A stretch of 29,136 nt of DNA from a virus (lineage: Duplodnaviria > Caudoviricetes): IMG/VR virus record IMGVR_UViG_3300005758_000080, positions 1-29,136 of that record, one strand, 5' to 3'. The notes beneath the pieces are model-generated. The model was given only the letters and a program-made list of their open reading frames with translations. It was not told the DNA's origin and made no database searches. Shown piece by piece: positions 15,231-23,143 of the stretch. Numbering within the stretch: position 1 is the first letter of the stretch; every line of letters begins with the position of its first letter. A program made the position numbers and the translations under genes.

Positions 15231-16202
15231 GTTAATGACTTACCTATTTATAAAATTACAATAGACCCAGAATATAGCGACGGGGAAAATTTAGGTATTG
15301 AGCAAATAGCTTTTACGTCAAACCCAGCTATTAAAGTTAAGGGTATGGCGTTTGAGAATGTACAAAAGCGTTTCTTTTCAGACGAACTTAAATATAGAGT
15401 TACAGCGCCCGCAATGATTCCTATGGAAATTTATAGACGCGACGACGAAGCTGGAGAATACTACGTACAATTCGAAGAAGAAACTATCGAACAAATACAC
15501 GTTAAGTTTATGCAAGATTTGCAGAACAAAAACGTCTTTAACCTAGAACACGACCAAGCCAAAGAAGTACCAGCGTACATTCTTGAAGCGTGGATAGTGG
15601 AAAACCCAACCCAAGATAAAGCTTTTACTACTTACGGAATTGAAGTGCCGAAAGGTACGTTAATGCTTACAGCCCAAGTAACGGACAAAGAGTATTATAA
15701 CGAGCTAGTAAAAAACGAACAGCTAGGCTTTTCTATTGAGGGCTTCTTGGGAATGAAATTAAGTAAACATATAAAACAAAATAGTATGAATTTCCCAGAT
15801 GGAGAACACCTAATTGAAGGTAAAATCTACGTGGTTAAAGACGGCCAAGTAGTAGAAATTAAAGAAGTAGAAAAAGAAGAAGTCGAAATGGCAGAAGTAA
15901 CCGAAGAAGTTACAGAAGAAGTAGCTATGGAAGATACTAGCGTAACCGAAGAAGAAGTAGTAGAAGAAGAAGTAGCAGAAGCTGAAATGGCAGTTGACCC
16001 AGCTACAGACGCAGAAGCTATTAAAGCTATCGTTATGCCTATCATCGAAGAACAAGTTAACGCTATTATCGGAATGGTTGCTGACTTGAAAAACCAAATT
16101 GAAGAACTAGGCGTAGCTAAAGAAGAAGAAGAAACAGAAGTAGAAGTTAAAATGTCTTCTGTATTTGACAAGTTCAAAGCGTTTCGCGCATCTAACAAGT
16201 AA
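15228..16202 (+). CDS. XkdF-like putative prohead protease fused to an acidic scaffold domain
   Basis: IAFTSNPAI, PAMIP, NLEHD, EAWIV, PKGT, GFSIEG motifs; E-rich C-terminal half; directly upstream of capsid gene. Confidence 0.75.
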   Translation: MVNDLPIYKITIDPEYSDGENLGIEQIAFTSNPAIKVKGMAFENVQKRFFSDELKYRVTAPAMIPMEIYRRDDEAGEYYVQFEEETIEQIHVKFMQDLQNKNVFNLEHDQAKEVPAYILEAWIVENPTQDKAFTTYGIEVPKGTLMLTAQVTDKEYYNELVKNEQLGFSIEGFLGMKLSKHIKQNSMNFPDGEHLIEGKIYVVKDGQVVEIKEVEKEEVEMAEVTEEVTEEVAMEDTSVTEEEVVEEEVAEAEMAVDPATDAEAIKAIVMPIIEEQVNAIIGMVADLKNQIEELGVAKEEEETEVEVKMSSVFDKFKAFRASNK

Positions 16203-16232
16203 CATTTAAAAACAAAATAAAAACCAACACCA

Positions 16233-17165
16233 ATGATTAGAAACCTAAAATTTGACTTGGACGTAGACACAAACGCGTTGTTATGTCCTAACCCAGATGA
16301 GTTTTATTCTAAAGCTTATTTAACAGAAGACATTGCAGACAACTATCGTACCCTTCCTGGTATTAAGTCAGCTACTAAATTAGCTAACGTAACTTTCGGT
16401 AACATTCTTGCGCCGTCTACTTGTAACTTTACAGCACCTACAGACAACCTAGACGCTGTTGATATCGACGTTTGTGCGCTTTCAGCTATGGCTCAAATTT
16501 GCCAGTTCGACCTCGAACAATCTTTCTTGGCATTACAAATGTCACAAGGTTCAAACGGCGACTTTTCTGTAGCTTCTTTTATGTCTTACTACTGGACTGA
16601 AATGGCTGCACGTATCGGTAACGACCTCGAGTTAATCCGTTGGCAAGGTGACACTACAAGTGAAGACCCGGTTCTTTCTTTGTGTGACGGCTACTTAAAA
16701 AGACTTTGTGCTGACAACGCTGTAAACGGCTTATATGGTGGTGCTATTACGTCTTCTAACGTATTGGCTCAAATGACAGCAGTACTTCAAGCTAGCCCAG
16801 CGGCTGTACAAGCTAAACGTGCTGACCTTCGTTTGTTCGTTTCTAGCGACGTATTCGTTAACTACCAAATCGCGGCGGCTTCTGGTAACACTTTAACTTA
16901 TGTTACTGCACCTTTAGCGCCTACATTCTTGGGTATTAAAATCGTACTCGCAGAAGGTATGCCAGTTAACACAATGGTATTAGCTCTTAAAACTGACCTT
17001 ATCTACGCATTTGACGCAGAAGGCGACGCTAAAGCGCTTAAAGCTGTTAACCTTTCAGATAGCGTTGCAGAGCCTTATATCCGCACACGTGCTAACTTGA
17101 AAGCTGGTTTCCACTACACGAACCCAGACCAAATTGTAGTATATAACGACTGCTTCGCGGCTTAA
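16233..17165 (+). CDS. major capsid protein
   Basis: 310 aa, follows protease/scaffold, biased codon use, followed by a strong terminator. Confidence 0.8.
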   Translation: MIRNLKFDLDVDTNALLCPNPDEFYSKAYLTEDIADNYRTLPGIKSATKLANVTFGNILAPSTCNFTAPTDNLDAVDIDVCALSAMAQICQFDLEQSFLALQMSQGSNGDFSVASFMSYYWTEMAARIGNDLELIRWQGDTTSEDPVLSLCDGYLKRLCADNAVNGLYGGAITSSNVLAQMTAVLQASPAAVQAKRADLRLFVSSDVFVNYQIAAASGNTLTYVTAPLAPTFLGIKIVLAEGMPVNTMVLALKTDLIYAFDAEGDAKALKAVNLSDSVAEPYIRTRANLKAGFHYTNPDQIVVYNDCFAA

Positions 17166-17190
17166 TTATAGCACAATTTAAAAACATACG

Positions 17191-17218
17191 GGGCGGCCAT
17201 AAAACGCCGCCCTTTTTT
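17191..17218 (+). terminator. intrinsic terminator after capsid gene
   Basis: GGGCGGC-8 nt-GCCGCCC followed by TTTTTT. Confidence 0.85.
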
Positions 17219-17241
17219 ATAACCAATTAAATATAAAGATT

Positions 17242-17757
17242 ATGGCTTGCGCTACACTCGAAGAAATCTTAAAAAGCTGTGACAACAACAGCGGCGGTAT
17301 TTATACCTTGTTAATCAACCAACAAGACAACATCACCGCAATTACAACTAACGAAACTGGAACGAACTGGGAAGTAACCGCTATTACTCATTCACAGCCT
17401 TACGTTGCGTTAGAGTTCAAACGTAACACTTCTAGCTACACAGAAGACGGAACTATTGACCTAGTAAACGGCTCTAGCTACGTTACACAAACTATTAACT
17501 TAATGTTCCACAGACGCGACCAAGAAAAAAGCCGTGCCATTAAAGTATTAGGCGCTGGCCAGCAATACTTAAATGCGGTTGTAGGCGACGCAAACGGCAA
17601 ATATTGGTATTTCCCTTACTTGCAAGTTTCTGCTTACGGAGAAGGCTCTGGGGTATCCCGTGCAGATGGTAGTAAATACAGCCTTACTCTAGTTGCGGAA
17701 AACGAATCTTTGGCTTATGAGGTTGACCCTTCTATTATTGCTGGTCTTACTCTTTAA
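17242..17757 (+). CDS. putative major tail (tube) protein
   Basis: 171 aa, MAC..CDNNSGGI..DANGKYW..YSLTLVAE pattern of Bacteroidota siphovirus tube proteins. Confidence 0.65.
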   Translation: MACATLEEILKSCDNNSGGIYTLLINQQDNITAITTNETGTNWEVTAITHSQPYVALEFKRNTSSYTEDGTIDLVNGSSYVTQTINLMFHRRDQEKSRAIKVLGAGQQYLNAVVGDANGKYWYFPYLQVSAYGEGSGVSRADGSKYSLTLVAENESLAYEVDPSIIAGLTL

Positions 17758-17785
17758 GAAGCCCCTATTTATTCGAATAACACTA

Positions 17786-17807
17786 GCCCCCTACTTAAGG
17801 GGGTTTT
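17786..17807 (+). terminator. intrinsic terminator
   Basis: GCCCCCT-ACTTA-AGGGGGT followed by TTT. Confidence 0.75.
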
Positions 17808-17836
17808 GTGTTTTTGAACGTTAGGCTTTTAAAACT

Positions 17837-17849
17837 TAATATTGTTATG
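17837..17849 (+). promoter_or_regulatory. late motif TAATATTGTTATG
   Basis: repeat copy; indicates ATG 17847 as the true start. Confidence 0.7.
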
Positions 17850-18197
17850 ATTTACATTGATAAAGGGCAACTTAACACCTTTGCTTTAACGCTTACGGAA
17901 GTTACTACGCTAGTAGACCCCTTTTATTTATTTGTTTTCGAAGGCGAATATAACACCGCCGTAGAACCTATATACTGGATAGGCACAGATACAAGTAACT
18001 GGCCGACCAGATACAACCTATTCACGCTAGAAGAAGGCGTAGACGTAGAACTAATTAAAGGGCAATACACTTACAGCGTTTTCGAAAGCGCAGACCCTAT
18101 AACTATAGACGAAAACACGAACACAGAAGGACTAAATTTAATAGAAGAAGGGCGTATGGTGGTAGCTGGCGCTTCTGTTTCTTCAATATACGACTAA
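17847..18197 (+). CDS. hypothetical virion protein (possible head closure)
   Basis: 116 aa from MIYIDKG; upstream of portal. Confidence 0.65.
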   Translation: MIYIDKGQLNTFALTLTEVTTLVDPFYLFVFEGEYNTAVEPIYWIGTDTSNWPTRYNLFTLEEGVDVELIKGQYTYSVFESADPITIDENTNTEGLNLIEEGRMVVAGASVSSIYD

Positions 18198-18200
18198 CAA

Positions 18201-19502
18201 ATGGGAATTTTTGACAGATTTAGACAACCAAAAACAGAAGTAGTAGAAGGCTATCAGTCTTTTAGTACGCCTTTTGGTAAGATAGGACGCGGCGACTTGT
18301 CGCTACCTTACGTTAACGGACGTTACCAAATAGCGGGCTATGTTCCTTTCGGACAAGACAACCTTTACCCAGAAATTCTTAACCAGATTTACTTTACTTC
18401 GCCACTACACGGGGCAATAGTTGACTTTAAAGTTAACGCTACTATCGGTGCTGGCTACGAACTAAAGACGGACAAGCTAACACCAGAAGAAAAGCTAGCC
18501 CTATATACGTGGGAAAAGAAAATGAAGCTTTCGAAGTCTGTAAAGGCAGTAACTAAACAGCTAGTAATACACAACCGCGTTTACTTTAAACTATACTTTG
18601 ACGAAAAAGGCAAGGTAAAAAGTATCGAAAATGTCAGTCCAGAAAAGGTACGTATTAATAACAAAAAAGACCGCTACTATTTATGCGACGACTGGGCTAG
18701 TAGAATAGATGTAGAAGAAGTTAAACATTACCACCCACTATGTCAAGACAAATGCCAGCTGTGGGCCTACGAATTACCTAGTATCGGACAAGACTACTAC
18801 CCGTTACCGCAATATTCTAGCGCGTTAAACTTTGCTTTCTTGTCTGGGGAACTTTCATACTTTGCAAAAAGCAATATACAGAACTCTATTTTCCCGTCTT
18901 TTGCTATGCTTTTCCCTAAACGCCCACAAAGCGAAGAAGAAAAGAAAGTACTACGCGACACTATCGACAGAATGAAAGGCGCGGCTAACGCTGGGAAAGG
19001 TGTTGCATTTTTTGCAAATAGTCAAGACCAACTTCCAAAAATTGAAAGCATACCAACCAACCAAAACGACAAACTATTTCAAGAAGCTAGCGGCTTAAAC
19101 ACGGAACAAATTTGCTTTGCCCATACTATCGACCCTATCTTACTAGGTGTTCGTACGGCTGGTTCTTTGGGTAATGGTTCTGACATTAAACAAGCCTATA
19201 TCATTTTCGAAAAGAACGTGGTTATTCCTTTACGTGAACAAGTAACTGAAATTTTCCAAGAACTATTGAACATTTGCCGCTTGTCTGCTACGTTTTCTGT
19301 TAAGAATTTCCAAATTATTAACGAAACTATCGTAGAAGTAGAAGGCGACGCAAGTAAAACACAAGACGCGCTTAATGCTATGAGCCCTTTAGTAGCTACC
19401 AAAGTATTAAATACAATGACTACAAACGAAGTGCGAGCGCTTGCAAGCTTACCACCAGTAGAAGGCGGCGACATAATACCAACCCAAACACCAGTAGCGT
19501 AA
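18201..19502 (+). CDS. portal protein
   Basis: 433 aa; FGQDNLYP..SPLHGAIV..YYPLPQY..QICFAHTIDPILLG..TTNEVRAL pattern. Confidence 0.85.
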   Translation: MGIFDRFRQPKTEVVEGYQSFSTPFGKIGRGDLSLPYVNGRYQIAGYVPFGQDNLYPEILNQIYFTSPLHGAIVDFKVNATIGAGYELKTDKLTPEEKLALYTWEKKMKLSKSVKAVTKQLVIHNRVYFKLYFDEKGKVKSIENVSPEKVRINNKKDRYYLCDDWASRIDVEEVKHYHPLCQDKCQLWAYELPSIGQDYYPLPQYSSALNFAFLSGELSYFAKSNIQNSIFPSFAMLFPKRPQSEEEKKVLRDTIDRMKGAANAGKGVAFFANSQDQLPKIESIPTNQNDKLFQEASGLNTEQICFAHTIDPILLGVRTAGSLGNGSDIKQAYIIFEKNVVIPLREQVTEIFQELLNICRLSATFSVKNFQIINETIVEVEGDASKTQDALNAMSPLVATKVLNTMTTNEVRALASLPPVEGGDIIPTQTPVA

Positions 19503-20059
19503 TGATTTACTTCATAACAGAAACTTACCTAAAGACGAACACGCCTATTACTGCAAACGTAGACGTAACAGACGTAACGCCATACATTAAAACGCAGTCC
19601 GACTTACGCGTACAACCTATTCTGGGTTCTGTCTTTTATAACCACTTACTAGAAGCGTACAACACACAGACCTTAACTAACGACGAAGAAACGCTAGTAG
19701 GTTTTATTCAGCCAGTCGTAGCGTGGCGTTCGGCAGAAGATGCAGTTTTCGGGCTTTCGTACCAACTTAAAAACAAAGGTTTGCAGACGCAGTTCGGGGA
19801 CTACTCGGGAAGCGTAAGCCGTGCAGAAGTAGCTTTCGGAATGGAGCATTATGCACAAAAAGCATCTTTCTTTGAAGCCCGTTTAATTAAATGGTTGCTT
19901 GCAAATAAAAACCTATTCCCGTTATTCACTAGTAAAGAAAACCGCGACACAGATTTACGCCCACAGATAGAAGCTTGCGACTGCGTAGGTACGTGTTTTG
20001 GTCGCTGTGGACAACGCTATAACGACAACGGCTACAATAATTCAATAATGGTTTTCTAA
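19502..20059 (+). CDS. putative head-tail adaptor
   Basis: 185 aa directly after portal; Cys-rich C-terminal segment. Confidence 0.55.
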   Translation: MIYFITETYLKTNTPITANVDVTDVTPYIKTQSDLRVQPILGSVFYNHLLEAYNTQTLTNDEETLVGFIQPVVAWRSAEDAVFGLSYQLKNKGLQTQFGDYSGSVSRAEVAFGMEHYAQKASFFEARLIKWLLANKNLFPLFTSKENRDTDLRPQIEACDCVGTCFGRCGQRYNDNGYNNSIMVF

Positions 20060-20484
20060 TGAGTACAAAACTACAAGCCGTTCTTTTTGCCGTGTGTTCT
20101 ATTCTAGCACCAGTTAAGCCGCTAGTTTTTATTGCAGTTTTGGCTATTATTCTAGATACGTGTTTCGGTATCTGGCGAAGCGTTAAAAAGTCTGGCTGGT
20201 CTTCTATACGTTCAAGACGTTTGAGCCACACAATAAGCAAAAGCTTACTTTATTCTGGTGCTATTGTATTTATATTCCTTCTAGAAAAGTTTGTAGTCGC
20301 TGACATTCTAGGCCACTTTATAGCTATTGATTTAGTTTTAACTAAAGCCTTTACGTTTTTCTGTGTAATAACAGAAGTAAAAAGCATTAACGAAAGTTAC
20401 TTTTCGGTTACTGGTATAAATGTCTGGGATAAGTTCCTAACATTTGTTAAACGTAGCCGCGAGCAAATAGAAGATTTAAAATAA
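20059..20484 (+). CDS. holin (Cp-1 / phage holin 4_1-like)
   Basis: TM helices, ILDTCFGIW, IRSRRL, EVKSINE motif. Confidence 0.8.
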   Translation: MSTKLQAVLFAVCSILAPVKPLVFIAVLAIILDTCFGIWRSVKKSGWSSIRSRRLSHTISKSLLYSGAIVFIFLLEKFVVADILGHFIAIDLVLTKAFTFFCVITEVKSINESYFSVTGINVWDKFLTFVKRSREQIEDLK

Positions 20485-20565
20485 CTATCGGTGCAAGTTG
20501 TTGGTTTAGTAAACCGATGAAACCGAAATTTAACGCAGACGCATACCATAAGAACTGCCTTGCGT

Positions 20566-20600
20566 TCCCCCGTTAATAATTTGGCGGGGGATATTTACTT
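20566..20600 (+). terminator. 11-bp hairpin between holin and lysin; weak terminator or attenuator
   Basis: TCCCCCGTTAA-TAAT-TTGGCGGGGGA followed by TATTTACTT. Confidence 0.5.
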
Positions 20601-20625
20601 AATTAAGGAGAAAAACACTTAATTT

Positions 20626-21201
20626 ATGGTCAGAAACTACACCGACAAACAGCTACTTGAAAAGGTTAAGAGCCTTTCGTCTTTTAAAAGTATTCCGTCT
20701 GGCTATTGGTTACTAGGTGTCCGTTCTTTAGACGACTTGCCGAACCGCTTTGACGACAAGATTTACCTATTTAAAAACGAAGACTTTGTGCTAGTAACTT
20801 CTGCGACTACCAACGCTGGAACTCCTACACTTCGCCAGTTCGAAAAAGTAAACAAAGACGGCGCGGCTGTACTTAAAGCTGACGAATGGTATTATAACGT
20901 ATGGAAATACGGAAAACATAACGGCAAAGTAGAAGCACTTTTACAGCTAGGAAATAAAGTAAAGGTATTTAGGGACACAGACAAAGACGACAAGTCCGAA
21001 GAACAAGGCAAACTTCAAGAAGGTTATTTCGGTATTAACTTCCACCCAAACACCTACGACTTAACCAAAGAAGCTGGTACTAACGTCGGCTGGTGGTCCG
21101 CTGGTTGCCAAGTAGTAAACAATATTGCTAACTATCGCCAAATGATTAAGCTACTAAAGCGTGAAAAGTTAGTTTCTTATTGCCTTATTCACGAATTTTA
21201 A
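20626..21201 (+). CDS. putative endolysin with YkuD/L,D-transpeptidase-like His-Cys motif
   Basis: GINFH-x17-SAGCQV; between holin and spanin. Confidence 0.6.
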   Translation: MVRNYTDKQLLEKVKSLSSFKSIPSGYWLLGVRSLDDLPNRFDDKIYLFKNEDFVLVTSATTNAGTPTLRQFEKVNKDGAAVLKADEWYYNVWKYGKHNGKVEALLQLGNKVKVFRDTDKDDKSEEQGKLQEGYFGINFHPNTYDLTKEAGTNVGWWSAGCQVVNNIANYRQMIKLLKREKLVSYCLIHEF

Positions 21202-21213
21202 AGCTATAGCCTT

Positions 21214-21660
21214 ATGAAAAGTAAACTATTTTCAGCTTATACCCTTATTTTGTCGCTAATATTGGCAATTTTTGTGACAAGTTGCACAGCTAATTACCAC
21301 GTCCGTAAGGCAATTAAGAAGGGTTACAGATGCGACACTATAGCCGACACTATTACAATAAATTCAATAGATTCAATTCCGTACGTTTTAAGAGATTCTA
21401 TAGCGTGGGAAAGGGTAATAGTCCATAAAGATACTATCGTGCGTTACAAGCGTTCCTACGTGCCTAAAACGCGACTAGAAACACGAATAGAGTACAGACT
21501 GAAACGCGACACGCTTAAACTCATAGAAAAAGTAGAAGTCGTAAAGTACAAAACTGAAAGAAATAAAAATAAAAAGCCTAACTTGTGGCTGTTTATTATA
21601 GGCTTTGGGGCTGGGTTTATTACAAACTGGCTTCTTAAGTTTTCTAAATTACCTTTATGA
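21214..21660 (+). CDS. putative unimolecular spanin
   Basis: lipoprotein signal (LAIFVTS-C) plus C-terminal TM LWLFIIGFGAGFITNWLL. Confidence 0.65.
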   Translation: MKSKLFSAYTLILSLILAIFVTSCTANYHVRKAIKKGYRCDTIADTITINSIDSIPYVLRDSIAWERVIVHKDTIVRYKRSYVPKTRLETRIEYRLKRDTLKLIEKVEVVKYKTERNKNKKPNLWLFIIGFGAGFITNWLLKFSKLPL

Positions 21661-22535
21661 TTGTAAAAAAACACGCAAAAAACATCCACGAAATAATCCT
21701 TTCGGGAAAAGAAGTAAAAATAGCTATGCTGTCGGACTTGCACTGGGACAACCCAAAGTGTGACTGGAAGCTTTTAAAACGCGACCTAGATTACTGCCTA
21801 GAAAACAACATTCCCGTAATGATTAACGGCGACTTCTTCTGTTTAATGCAAGGACGCGGCGACAAGCGAGGGAATAAGTCCGACATTCGACCAGAACATA
21901 ACAACACGAAGTATTTAGACAGCATTGTAGAAACAGCTGTAGAATGGTTTAGCCCATACGCGCATATTATTTCTGTAATAGGTTACGGCAACCACGAAAC
22001 AGCCATAATAAAATACCAAGAAACAGACATACTACAGCGCTTTGTAGACCTACTTAACTATAAGAATGGGTCGAATGTTTATACTGGCGGCTATGGTGGG
22101 TGGCTAATTGTTCGCCAGAATGTCTATAGTAACATCTTTACAACCTTTAAAGTAAAATACTTTCACGGCTCTGGCGGTGGTGGTGTAGTTACAAAGGGTG
22201 CGCTTAATCTTACTAGGGCCCTAGAAATGTACGAAGACTTCGACGTTTTTACTATGGGCCATATTCACGAAAACGCTAGCCGTAACGACGTAAGAGAAAC
22301 AACCGCTTTCAATGCGAAGAATGGTTACAAACACGTACATAAGAACATACACTTAATGTTAACTGGAACATATAAAGAAGAATACGGCGACGGCTCTAAA
22401 GGCTGGCACGTTGAACGAGGTGCACCAGTTAAACCAACTGGCGGGCGCATTTTAGTTTTCCAAAGCGAAGAACTACAACGCGACAACGTAAAGAATATCT
22501 ACAAAAACATAGATAGCTATAAATTTCCTTTGTAA
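21657..22535 (+). CDS. calcineurin-like metallophosphoesterase
   Basis: SDLH, NGD, GNHE, FHG and GHIH motifs in canonical order. Confidence 0.85.
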   Translation: MIVKKHAKNIHEIILSGKEVKIAMLSDLHWDNPKCDWKLLKRDLDYCLENNIPVMINGDFFCLMQGRGDKRGNKSDIRPEHNNTKYLDSIVETAVEWFSPYAHIISVIGYGNHETAIIKYQETDILQRFVDLLNYKNGSNVYTGGYGGWLIVRQNVYSNIFTTFKVKYFHGSGGGGVVTKGALNLTRALEMYEDFDVFTMGHIHENASRNDVRETTAFNAKNGYKHVHKNIHLMLTGTYKEEYGDGSKGWHVERGAPVKPTGGRILVFQSEELQRDNVKNIYKNIDSYKFPL

Positions 22536-22540
22536 ATTTG
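22533..22540 (+). promoter_or_regulatory. possible -7 element TAAATTTG overlapping the stop codon
   Basis: TAnnTTTG consensus 20 nt upstream of a terminator. Confidence 0.4.
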
Positions 22541-22560
22541 TCTTCGTTTCATAGTTTTAG

Positions 22561-22584
22561 GCCACCTTTCGGGGTGGCTTTTTT
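22561..22584 (+). terminator. intrinsic terminator ending the late region
   Basis: GCCACCT-TTCG-GGGTGGC followed by TTTTTT. Confidence 0.9.
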
Positions 22585-22666
22585 ATTTTATGTAAAAATA
22601 TTTTGCGTCTGTAACCCCCGTAAATACTAGGAAATAAAAAAAATGTGAAAAAAATGTGTTAAAAAG

Positions 22667-22697
22667 TTTGGTAGGTTAGAAATAGTACATATATTTG
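22667..22697 (+). promoter_or_regulatory. early promoter, Bacteroidota -33/-7 type
   Basis: TTTG-19 nt-TATATTTG. Confidence 0.8.
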
Positions 22698-22719
22698 CAT
22701 ATACAAAAACGATAACACT

Positions 22720-22893
22720 ATGACAACGAACGAAATTATTTTAATGCTAGACGCAGAACAAGCAAAGCTTTATGAAGCGTTACAAAATGCAAAGCTAGTA
22801 TTTGGCGAAGACAGCGAAGCCGCTAAACTAGCGCGTGCTAGGTGGGTAACCGCTGTAGATATGTTAAACCTAATCAATTCTAAAAACCAATAA
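22720..22893 (+). CDS. hypothetical early protein (57 aa, not in ORF track)
   Basis: MTTNEIILMLDAEQAKLYEALQNAKLVFGEDSEAAKLARARWVTAVDMLNLINSKNQ*; first ORF after the promoter. Confidence 0.75.
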   Translation: MTTNEIILMLDAEQAKLYEALQNAKLVFGEDSEAAKLARARWVTAVDMLNLINSKNQ

Positions 22894-22894
22894 T

Positions 22895-23143
22895 ATGAAA
22901 ACGCTAAACAACTTAAGAGCCGAATGGCGCGAACTAGAACAAGAAGACAAAGACTTCTTTAAACATATTCTAGTTTTCTTTTTACCTATTGCGTCCGTGT
23001 TAGTGTGGCTTTGTTCCACCAATACCTACCCAGTTCTAGACGTAAAGACGGAAAATAACCAACTTGAAAAACAGACCTACGAATTAAAGGGCGACTGGTC
23101 TAAATACGCACAAGGAGTTTATAACAGAAAATATGGAAAATAG
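22895..23143 (+). CDS. hypothetical single-TM protein
   Basis: ILVFFLPIASVLVWLC hydrophobic stretch. Confidence 0.7.
   Translation: MKTLNNLRAEWRELEQEDKDFFKHILVFFLPIASVLVWLCSTNTYPVLDVKTENNQLEKQTYELKGDWSKYAQGVYNRKYGK

Noticed and set aside
15810-16270. Minus-strand ORFs rich in Ser/Thr or Phe
   Set aside because: Mirror of GAA-rich scaffold codons.
17808-17846. GTG-start extension of ORF 17808-18197
   Set aside because: Begins at the terminator tail; the late motif marks ATG 17847.
20514-20528. CCGATGA-AACC-GAAA resembling a hammerhead ribozyme core
   Set aside because: No stem II, and no stem I/III arrangement with an NUH site could be built.
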